DNA of 64,000 nt. Origin: Antedon mediterranea. Lineage: Eukaryota > Animalia > Echinodermata. This document shows, piece after piece, positions 28,941 through 39,395 of the stretch (position 1 is the stretch's first letter; every line of letters begins with the position of its first letter). The DNA lies in assembly GCF_964355755.1 (NCBI RefSeq), contig NC_092678.1, positions 7,456,422-7,520,421 of the forward strand, written 5' to 3'. The position numbers and the translations under genes were made by a program. A model generated the notes under the pieces. The model did no database searches and was not told where the DNA came from. It saw only the letters and a list, made by a program, of their open reading frames with translations.

Positions 28941-30641
28941 CAGGCCTCGAATTTGGGGATTTTAGGGGCAAGGCCATTTGGCCTCCGGTTTTCGTTGATT
29001 TGAGGGGCACCAAGGCCAAATGGGAGGGCACCAAGGCCATTTGTTTTAAATCGAAGGGGCACCAAGGCCAAAATTAAAAAATATTTTAATAACTAGGCCA
29101 AAATTTAAAAATAGCTTGTTTCCGGTTGAGCGCCGGGTGGAATTTTTTTCAAAAAAAAAAAAATTCTACCCGCAAACATTTTTGGGGGAATTTCCCCTAT
29201 TCATCAGATTGCGTAGTAGTAGTAGTAGGAGAGGACTGTCTACATCTTTTTGTATTTCATTATATATAAATATTACGTGTATTTACGATCCATATAAATA
29301 ATAATTATTAAGGTACGATGTTTAGCGTTCACAGTTGTTTCGTTTAGTTTCAAACAATGCGATCAAAAAAAGGCATGTGAAGCCGGCCAGGCCCAACGGG
29401 TAAAGACCCTAACAACAGCAAGCACTTAGCAGCACTAAGGCGCAGCGGACGGAGAACACAGGTTACAAAAACAATTTGTTTGTAGGCCTTAACTACAACT
29501 ATTCATACACAGAGTGTTAACCACGGTAAAAATCAAGCCAATGACATTATGTTGTAGAATATAAATTATTGTTATTTTCCGAGTTTCGATTTCTGAAGCT
29601 TTTTTGTTAGTATAATCCATATTCATAAGAATTCAAAACACGGACGGACGCCGACCCCTCTCTCTCTCTCTCTCTCTGTTTAGCCTTCTGCACGTGTATT
29701 GTGGTTGTGGATTATACCATTTCCTTGAGTTCGGTAAAAACGCGTTTGTTAATTTAGTGTACGACGTCGTTAAACAAGATTTTTCGATGATCTGTCGGCT
29801 GGATTATTGAGGTGGGTGCGATAAAATATAAATATAATATACTTCCAACGATCTTCGGGTTGAGGTACCGGTTTAACTTTAGTACTAAAAGTTGACACCC
29901 CTAATTTTACACGTATAATGGAATGGACTACACCATGCAGGAACGCACATGGTATTTTCATATCAGAGGGTGCGTGTACGTCAAAAGGAATTGTTTTTCC
30001 AACGACCGATCCTTCGTACTCACACGTACGACGACGACGTCGTGTGAAATTTCTTATCAGAGGGTGCGTGTGCGTCAAATGGAATTGTTTTCCCAATGTA
30101 TTGAATCGTGTGTGTTTGTTGATCGGATCGGCGGCGGGAGGATAGGACAAGGAGTGCGTGTAATTTTTTTTTCAACGAAGGCGGCTAGCTCGATTATTGA
30201 GGCGGGGGTGGTGCGACTTTAATACTTTCAGTGACCTCCGATCGAGGAACGTTTTTAGCTTTATTATTAAAAGTGTACACCCCTGTATTTTAATGTACTA
30301 TCTATACCATTATTTACCACGCACGGCGGCCGGGACGATATTGTTTTGGTTATATAAATAATAATTATGTTCGATGTTTTCTCTAAATGCGTTTAGGGAA
30401 ATCCCCTTGCAACGAAGACAGGCGATAGTTTTGCGTCTCGTCCGATATTCTTGACATTATTTTCTATCTACTTCAGTGGTTTTTATTGTGGTAAAACTCG
30501 GGAAGGGCACTCACGGCCAACGCAAAAAAAAGGGCAGGCCAGTAGTGGCCGTGGGTGCTATTAATTTTCGAGGGCATTGAGGCCAACTGGGAGGGCACCG
30601 ACGGCACTGGCCGCGGTGGCCGCGGTAAAATTCGAGGCCTG
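28941..30641. mobile_element. Non-autonomous hAT-like DNA transposon (1.7 kb)
   Basis: TIR CAGGCCTCGAATTT...AAATTCGAGGCCTG, with subterminal repeats of AGGGCAC and GGCCA at both ends. The flanking duplication is TAAATC (6 bp), or GTAAATCC (8 bp) if the ends are AGG/CCT. No transposase ORF. Confidence 0.85.
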
Positions 30642-30766
30642 TAAATCCATTGTTAATATAGATTATATCTCATCCCATGTTTGACAAATTTTTCACCCAG
30701 GCCCTATAGGACTATGTATACACGGCCATATACAGTAACTAACAGTAGGCTAAGATGTAGGCTTAC

Positions 30767-31543
30767 CTGAAACTTTCACAGTAAATGGCACAACACCTGG
30801 AATATTAGAGTCTTCTAAATCAGGATTCAATTTTATACCTCCAGTTTCACTATCCAAAAACAATATGTTATTTCTGTTCCCGTCAACAATATGGTAACTA
30901 AGTTTGTCGTTGACATCAGGATCTCGTGCCGGGACAGTACCGATGGTCTCGCCTTTCGGAAAATGGCCAACGTAATTATTAAAATAAATGTCAAAATTCT
31001 CAAGTAGTGGGGAATTATCGTTAATATCGTCAACGTATATGATTAACGTGGCAAACGAAAAGAAGGGATCAGAGGTTGCTTTGATTTGCAGCCAGTACGT
31101 ACTACGAGCCTCGTAGTCTATGTTACCGTTAGTGGTTATTTCTCCCGTGTATGCATCAAGGGAGAAGAGGTCTGCTACTTCTTCAGAAGTAATCTCGTAA
31201 ATAATAAAAGCATTAGCGCCCGTATCATCATCAGTGGCTTGAATAGTTCCTACAAAAGATCCTAAGTCGCTATTTTCCTCAATGTGCATTGTGGGATTTT
31301 CGTTGGTAAATACAGGAACATTGTCATTTACATCCAGTAACGTCACAAGTATGTTAACTGCCGTCTCCCGCAGTCCTCCATCTCTTGCAATGGCAACAAG
31401 ATGGTAGACTGATACCTCTTCACGATCTAATTTACAGTCGGGATGGGGACAAGTTCGTATTATACCACTCGCTGAGTCAATATCAAATTTACCATCGCCA
31501 TCATTACCACCGTCAAATGTATAGATTATGGTCCCAAATGTAC
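30767..31543 (-). CDS. CELSR: CELSR coding exon 2: rest of EC7, EC8 and most of EC9
   Basis: Acceptor tttttcag|GTACA at 31544/31543 continues the frame: G-TFGTIIYTFDGGNDGDGKFDIDSASGIIRT...LDREE...DVNDNVP...DINDNSPLLENFDIYFNNY...IGTVPARDPDVNDKLSY. Donor TCA G|gtaagc at 30767/30766. 777 nt, phase 1-1. Confidence 0.95.
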
Positions 31544-31639
31544 CTGAAAAAATATAAATAATCCCAAAAAATCCATATCAAATTACTATGTTTATTATGA
31601 TCGCGTATAATTCCATGGAGCATGGATATGACACATGGG

Positions 31640-31997
31640 CAAACCAAAAAAAAAAACCTGTGCAGACCTCCGCCAAATCACGTATTATTTTTTTCATAAA
31701 TTACTTCCTATGATAGTCCTAGTCATGATAGAACCAATAATAAGCCATTTGGAGGAGGTTTGCGCAGGTTTTTTTTTTGGTTTGCACGATTTAAACTGTA
31801 TCTGACATTTTACCCAAAAAATGATGTTTTTCGTCCCCAAAAAAAACCAACTTACATCAATTTCATAATTTTTTTTTCATAAATTACTTGCTATGATAGT
31901 CCTAGTCATGATAGAACCAATAATAAGCCATTTAAAGGAGGTTTGCGCATGGTTTTTTTTTGGTTGGCGCTTGGTTTGCGCAGTTTAGCAATACCCC
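31640..31997. mobile_element. Diverged relative of the foldback family in CELSR intron 1
   Basis: Ends in gtttagcaataccc, shares aaaaaatgatgtttt and ggaggtttgcg motifs, and has its own internally duplicated module (cataaattactt...gatagtcctagtcatgatagaacc x2). Confidence 0.7.
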
Positions 31998-32267
31998 ATT
32001 TTAGTCATCTGACAACATTTTTTACTACACTGTTGATTATGCATAGCTTTTTAAAATGCCTCTCAATTTACAAAATTTGTGTACAAATTTTATTGTATTA
32101 AATTTGAACTATCCTCCCACTGATAAGAAAGTGCTTATTTTTAACAAGTTTGTGTAACACAAATAAAATCCCAAAACTTATGAAACATAGGGGAAACTAT
32201 AGATCGATAATTATGGGAATGTATGATCAAAAGAAATTTTTTGTCTGCACCTGGCCTTTAAACTTAC

Positions 32268-35166
32268 CCTCATCTCGATCGCTTGCACTTATTTGGATCA
32301 CACTATGACGTGAATTTACGTTTTCTTTTACATCCGCCGAATAGGAGTCAAATTGAAAAACTGGATCGTTATCATTTACGTCTGTAACCGTAATTTCAAC
32401 ATTTGTATACCCATATTTCACAGGGTTCCCATGATCACTTGCTTTTACACGTATACTGTAACTAATTTGATTTTCGCGGTCGAGTTCCAATTTTGTCCTC
32501 ACATCTCCGGATACTGGATCAACTTCAAAGGTTTGCTCAAAGTCCATCGAATATGTTATACGAGCATTTTCCCCAATGTCGTTGTCAACAGCTTCGACGG
32601 TTATCACTTTGGTACCGACCGAAACATCCTCAGGTACATTCGCACTATAGGGCGCTTGATTAAAAACCGGAGCATAAGTGTTGGCATCGGAAACGTTAAT
32701 AAATACCACACATGTATCTGATAGCTGACCATCAGATGCTTCAACGGTCAAGGCAAAACGCCCTTCTTGATTATAATCCAATCGCTGGACAACTGATATT
32801 TCACCTTTGTTCTCCTGCGTTCGGATGTTAAATCGATTGCGTAAATTCCCAGCGGTAATCTGGTACGAAACATAGGTATCGAGGTCTGGATCATCTGCAA
32901 CAATTGTGATGACATGTGTAGGAATACCGGCGTCCTCATCAACTACAGTTTGGTAAGACTGCTGAGAGAATCTCGGAGGGTTATCGTTGATGTCAGTTAT
33001 TCTAACTATAACTGTAGTTGTTGCACTTTGTTGAGGATCCCCGCCATCTACTACTTTAACAGTAAATTGATATATTTCATTAGATTCTCGATCAAGTTGT
33101 GAGGATGTTGTAATAAATACACGACCACCAACAGTTTCAATTGTGAATGGAAAATCAGAATCTGTCTCTATAATACTAAACGTCAACCTGCCATTTTCTC
33201 CCGAATCTTGATCAAAAGCAATGACTTCCATTACTTCATGGCCAACGTCAACGTTCTCGGACACAGACTGTTGAAAGACATTTCCAGTAAAAGTTGGCGT
33301 GTTATCATTGATGTCAATGACATTCACAAGGACTTGTGTGGTGTTAGATAATGATTGAGCACCACTGTCCAGTGCCTTGACAACAAGACGATGGCTTCTC
33401 TCTACCTCATAATCTAACTCCTGTATCAGAGTTAAATCTCCATTTATACTGTCAATCATGAAAAGTCCTCGTTCATTTCCACTGTATATTCTGTATCGTA
33501 CCTCTTGATTACGACCTAAGTCTTTATCCGTGGCAACAATTCTTAAAAGGACTTGATTGTTAGTATTGGTGTTTTCTTCGACATCAATTTCGTAATTCCT
33601 TTGCATAAACTGTGGAGTATTGTCGTTAACATCCAGGACAGTGATTGTCATTTGAGTAGTGTTACTTCGAGATGGATTGCCATTATCAGAAGCTTGGATA
33701 TTGAGGTTGTAAGTGTCAATGGTCTCTCTATCCAACTTCCTTCTGGTTTTCACAGCCCCAGAACTCTGAATTGAAAAGACATCATTTGGAGGCTCAGGAT
33801 TTAAGATCTCATAAGTAATTTCAGCATTTGCTCCATCATCAAAATCTACAGCATGTACGGTTGAAACTACAGTTCCAGCTATCAGCCCTTCATTGATTTG
33901 TTCATGATAATGGTCTGACTCAAAATCCGGCGTGTGATCATTCTTATCCAGAACGTTGATAGTTAACATGGCTACTCCGATTCCTGGCGGATAACCGCCA
34001 TCTGTTGCCATAATATTGAAAGTATGCGTGGAAATAAACTCTCGATCTAAAGATGCTTGAGTCCGGATAATGCCATTTGTTTCTCCGATTGTGAATCTGG
34101 AGTTACTTCTGCTATCTGTCTGTGCTTCCATTGTGTAAGTGATTACTCCAGCAGCACCAGAGTCGCTATCCGAGGCAATGATTGTGTCAACAATATAGTC
34201 AGCATTCTCATTTTCAGGAACCGTCACTGTATAGAAATTCTGCAAAAAACGAGGATTGGAGTTGCGTGTTGACCGTCGTAATCTTCTTTTTGGCTCTTTA
34301 ATTTCAGAGCCGGAAAATTTTGACATGGTTGTATCTTTAAAAGATGCTGCCGAAATGGTTAACTTAACAGGAATGAGAAACAGACTGTAGTCACGTGCAG
34401 CGTTACACTGTGTTCCAGCATGTAAACCAAGACTATAATGCATTTCAATATACTGAGTGGTGCTAAAACAAAATGTTTGCGCAGGCCAGGCTTTGAGTTC
34501 TCCGGTAAGCGGGTCTAAAATCACACTAATGTGGGCACCGTAATGATCCAAAACGGAGTAAAGTAAATCAGGACAATCCTTAAACGATGCAGGGAGGAAG
34601 TCGTACAAAGGAACGATTGGTGATCCAGCTTGAAAACAATTTCCTGGCGGATAATTAACAACTATCATATGTTCTGCCTTTGGCCAAAACTCTGAATCAA
34701 CATCTCTGCCAAGATATGAAGTCCTTTGCACGTTTGCTCTCCAATGACAATTTTTTCCATGAACATGTACTGTAACTGGGACAAGGGAGTACACAGTTGC
34801 ATGACTATTTTCTATATAAGAATCTAATTTACTGTAAGAAGTCCGTTTATTTGTAGCTTCAATGTAAATAGTGAACGGATTATGAAATTTTGGCAATTGA
34901 TTTAAGCAGTTTATATTTCGTTTTAATCGAATTTCTCCTGATTCGGGTGATAAACTCAACAAGTATTTTCCCAAACTGGAACTCATTTTATCAAAAAAAT
35001 TATACTTCCAATGTTCACCGACTGTTGCATTGAAAATGAGTTCGTCAATCTCGATTGAGTCTGAAATATGTATGTTATACCCATGGATGGGGTAAACATT
35101 TAGTAAAATAAACCCTACACATAAAAACCACTTCAGATATGCGATCAGTCCGCGGTGGTACCCCAT
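32268..35166 (-). CDS. CELSR: CELSR/Flamingo coding exon 1: signal peptide, prodomain, furin site, cadherin repeats EC1-EC6 and start of EC7
   Basis: Lies within ORF 32227..35241, which opens on TTG. The ATG at 35166 has a strong context (gacaaaATGG) and is followed by the signal peptide MGYHRGLIAYLKWFLCVGFILLNVYPIHG. KRRLRR is at 34273-34290. Repeated LDRE/LDYE and DxNDNxP motifs follow, with the CELSR-typical non-canonical EC5-6 linker DANTYAP. Donor GAG G|gtaagt at 32268/32267 (phase 1). An alternative in-frame ATG at 35214 has a weaker context. Confidence 0.95.
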
Positions 35167-37402
35167 TTTGTCTACTGAGTACAAACAAACCCTACCGCCT
35201 GAGCATTCGCCCATAAAGCAAGCGATGCTTAAATTCAACAAGTACGTTCTCCGTAATAACTTCTATGACTTAAAATAACGAATCATCTTTACGTTCCTGT
35301 ATCCATCTTTAAAAAAGACAATAATAATCCATTGGAATTTAAAATACAAGTAGTCACTCAACGTAATTCCAGTAAATCCACAGCGTTCGGGTAGAATCTA
35401 CCTGTAGTACTACCAGCAACCGCTCGCTTCTTTCACTGTTTACCCAAGCGCATACTTACAATTCACACGATGCCCAGTTTAAAACAAGTTATTAAAGAGG
35501 GCGCTAGATAACTTTCACAGTCAATATTTGCCTTACTGCTACTGTGCTAAAAATATAAAATTAGAAATACTCCAAGCAAATAAACAAATAAATATTTAAA
35601 ATATAATAATTTCAATAACAATAACAAATAAAGAAAAAAATCTCAGAAGTTAAATTTATAAAAATGTAAATGTTCGTGTCTAATCGCCTGTCTAGGTTTT
35701 TCCTTATATTTGCCGTTTTCTGTGCTTTTTTATTGTTGAATCTTTTTATGTATGCCTGCCTTGATATTTACTACGCGCAATAAAATAGCGCTTAGTAAAA
35801 GAAAGAAAACAAACTAGAACATGCACCCTATGTATGATCTTTAAAACACATTGGGAAAAGCTTGTACTTTTATAAATTAAATATAGGCATATTATATTAT
35901 TTCTACAAATGTTCTTGCCAGAATTCCAAATCGATGTAGGCCTACTCGAAGTGAAAGTAAGAGGAAATTTGTCGTCTCTTTTCCTAAAAGTTTTATCTAC
36001 AGAGCACTAACCTATCCGAATACAGCATGCTTCCCTCCAAACTGAGGAACGCGGTGTCAATAAATAATGTTAAGTCTTCTCTGAAAAGTAGGCCTACACG
36101 TCCCTATAATAACCGTCGTGTTTTCGTAAAGTCCCTAATATAAATTCTTTGACTCCGCCTAAATCCGAGCACCGTCCCTTTAACTGTTAGCATTATTTGT
36201 CATTTTATAAGTGAAATAATTGTTGTTGTCTCTTTTTCTACGAAATGGATTAAAAAACTGCAAAATGACCTATTTCAGGACTGATTTTATTAAGCTTTAT
36301 TTTTAATGTTTTTGAGGGACACAATGCATCTTTCGTTTATTGAATTGACAACAAAAAGACAAGAGAGAAATCAGCGTCTAATTTATATTTATTTATAACT
36401 ATTATATACACATTTGTTTTATTGTAATACATTATACAGGTTGTTATTCTTCAGGTTCGATGGATAAGTATATTTGAAACGTTGCATTTTAATTTACATT
36501 GATGGGGTGCACACTTCTACATTCGTATACTTGTTTTCCAGTAGACATTGTAATAAATATCGCCCTCTATCAATTATATTAGGCCCAAATTCTGTTGCCG
36601 CGCCGCGTGTGTAGGCAGTTATATTCCAGAGGAGAAAAGCATTAGTAAACTGTATTACGGGGAAGCTTATACTTACTACGGCTGGGCATTTGGAAACTCG
36701 GATCGGCCATACGCAACTCCCAAAGCACGTCTGGGAGAAGAGACTATGAGATGTATGCATACTTTAGTGGTCCTTAGGGAGTAACGCCTCTGCTGCAGAC
36801 TTTAGTGTGGGTCACATGTCCTTAAGGAGTAGGCCTAACGTGTAACCCCGAAATATGTACAGTACTATAGTTTAGTATACGTTTATAAACGGGTTGTTGA
36901 TATTTATAACGATATTACCAGTATTATTACCAACTTAAATTTCTATATAGAGGGCTACGGCAAAGTTCCAAGAGCGCACTTGTTTCTTAGGCACCGATAC
37001 AAATATTTTATTTATCCATGGTCAACGAATTTAGAAGTAAAACATATTTTAGTTATTCTTATCATGAATTATCGTCTGTGGTTTCCCATTACAATTCTAG
37101 TAGGTGTTATGCACAATGAACATTAGAGCGTGTCGTAAGCACATATTATCCATGCTCAGGCTCTACTTTAGATCTAAGTCTAAATTTGTAATGAATTAAA
37201 AGACTTTACAGGGTTCCGTGTACAACCACTCATGTAGATCGGACTTCTAACCAGTGGTCAAAAAAGCCTTTAAAAAGCTGGATGTCCCTTCACTATTATT
37301 TAAATTAAAACAAAACTGTATGCTGTTCAGATCCCATAGATCTAGCATAGTTTCAATATCATGTCTTTTCTCACAGAAAGGCCTAAGTAATTAAAACGAG
37401 CC

Positions 37403-38220
37403 TCATATGTCTCCAATGATTTCCTGTGGTGGTAAGAAAGCTGGCACTCCACACTCTCTATCTTCTGCTGCCTTTAGCTGCTGTGTCCAATATCTCAGTC
37501 TCATTGAGGCAACACGTCTCTCCATTTGGCGAACTCTTAACTCCGTCTCTTGTGTTTCTAATTTTGTCTTCAAAATCGTCGTTGTCAGTTGTCTTTGCTC
37601 CTCATTATAATTGTTACAGGGGCATTTGGTGTTATCATCAATATCGTCTGGTGGAGATGACGTGACTGTAGGCCTACTTGTAGGCCTATAGACCGGCACA
37701 GTGGTTTTTTTAAAGAATTCCGCGGTAGAGATTTGGAAAGTTGTATTTATTGACCATTGGTAAGATTCCGGAGTCGTCTGTGAATCTAATTCTGGAACTG
37801 CAGTAGTTGAACCGGTGCTATTTGCATAATGTAATCTTAAAGGTGAAACTAATGATGTGACGTCAGTCGTTGATGGGACGTCGGCTGTTGGTGTGACGCC
37901 AGGTGTTGGTGTGACGCCGGGTGTTGGTGTGACGCCGGGTGTTAGTGTGACGCCGGGTGTTTGTGTGACGCCAGGTGTTGGTGCGACGCCAAGTGTTAGT
38001 GTGACGCCAAGTGTTGATGTGACGCCAGTTGTTGGCGTGACGCCAGGTGTTGGTGTGTCGCCAGGTGTTGGTGTGACGTCAGGCGTTGGTGTGACGTCAA
38101 CCGTTGGCGTGATGTCATCACGAATTTGATCATTAAGCGGTATTGATGCGTCTATAGTGTAGGATAAAGTAGTCTGTGAAGTTTTATTTTGTAAAGATTC
38201 TGGTGAAAATGTAATCGGTT
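37403..38220 (-). CDS. Secreted CELSR-derived cadherin-repeat protein, terminal exon 3 (Thr/Pro-rich mucin-like stalk, CPC, predicted coiled coil, stop)
   Basis: Acceptor ttttgttttgcag|AACCG at 38221/38220 keeps the frame (E-PITFSPES), and the stop TGA ends at 37403. Exon sum 2080+507+818 = 3405 nt = 1134 aa plus stop. There is no hydrophobic TM stretch. A candidate AATAAA on the minus strand lies at 37007-37012. Confidence 0.8.
37852..38115. repeat. Coding 18-bp minisatellite (about 14 units) encoding the TPGVTP hexapeptide
   Basis: GGTGTGACGCCAGGTGTT-like units are repeated in tandem and translate on the minus strand as (VTPTPG)n. Confidence 0.95.
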
Positions 38221-38457
38221 CTGCAAAACAAAAATTCAACAGTGTTAATGAAATAAACTCTATCATTAAGTGCCAATTTCATACCTCGTTTAAAATGTTG
38301 ATGTGTAATATATTGGCAGTTCTCTCGAAAGAGAGGAACGCACACAGTGTACTCTTAAAATGTACTGACTATAAAATGTTTGAAAAGTAATTTTTATTAA
38401 AGAATCTTCTTAAATTGTATTGTGTAAAAAAAAAAAACGTCAACATTCATGAATTAC

Positions 38458-38964
38458 CTGATGTCCTATTTCTTATGACTCGAATCACAAGTGGTTCTTG
38501 AATTGTGTATTGCCCGCATGTCGCAACAATCTCTAGTCTGTCATAAACATTCTTGTTTCGCTGTGCCAAATTTCGTTTTGTCACCAAAACACCCGATGTT
38601 GTACCAATATTGAAGAACTTTGAGTCTTGTTTACTCAAACGAAATCGCACAGGCGTACTTATCTCATCATCCGGATCGGAAAGTTCTACCTTTCCGATGT
38701 AAGTTCCACTTCTACTGTTTTCATGTACCTCATACTCTGTCGGTGACACTATGCGCGGAGGGTTATCATCAACGTCTGTAACTTTGATATGGATAGGTGT
38801 GGAAGTCTGATGGGTTCCGTCTGATGCTGTGGCCAAAAGGTTGAATTCTGGTGTGAGTTCTCTATCAAGGCTGTAGTTTTCTCTGGTTTTAACTTCACCC
38901 GTTTTAGCATCGATAACAAAGTAAATGCTATACGTGTTTTCTTGTAAACTATAAGTTATGCCGG
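38458..38964 (-). CDS. Secreted CELSR-derived cadherin-repeat protein, exon 2 (rest of EC7, EC8)
   Basis: Acceptor ttcttttttcag|CCGGC gives A-GITYSLQENTYSIYFVIDAKTGEVKTRENYSLDRELTPEFNLLATASDG...DVDDNPP.... Donor TCA G|gtaatt at 38458/38457. 507 nt, phase 1-1. Confidence 0.9.
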
Positions 38965-39395
38965 CTGAAAAAAGAAGAAAATCTTGGTTATTTCTATCTA
39001 TTCATCGCTTTACTAATAGTTTTCAATTACGCCGCTTGCCATCATTCCAACCTAAACTCATCATCACATTCTCAGCACCACGACATCGTCATTACTAGGC
39101 CATATTACTATCCCATTGTGAAATTGAGTTCTGCCGAAAATCACAAGTAGCAAGATTTTACTAATTTGCTAATATCTTTATTGGAAAAAAACAATACGCA
39201 TAGTAGGCCTAAGTACAAATGTTGACATGGTCGATTCTCTATAGTGCCGTTTATACTTTCATTGATCCGAGTAGGTTGGAAGATTACGTCATACACATAG
39301 GAATTATTTCAATGTTAAATTAAGCTAAAATTTGGTAAAATATGTGGCGCAACTTCAACCACACTTCACACAATTTGAATAAAGACCGTATTTAC

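Noticed and set aside
29770-30222. Overlapping 75-126-aa ORFs inside the hAT-like element as a transposase
   Set aside because: There are no BED finger, DDE or hAT dimerisation motifs. The ORFs are explained by locally higher GC.
35167-35241. N-terminal extensions given by the ORF track for CELSR (and 41476-41544 for the paralog)
   Set aside because: They begin at TTG or GTG. Downstream ATGs with strong context directly precede the signal peptides.
37857-38129. Plus-strand 90-aa GVTPGV ORF, and other plus-strand ORFs over the cadherin exons
   Set aside because: These are antisense shadows of the minus-strand coding sequence and its 18-bp repeat.
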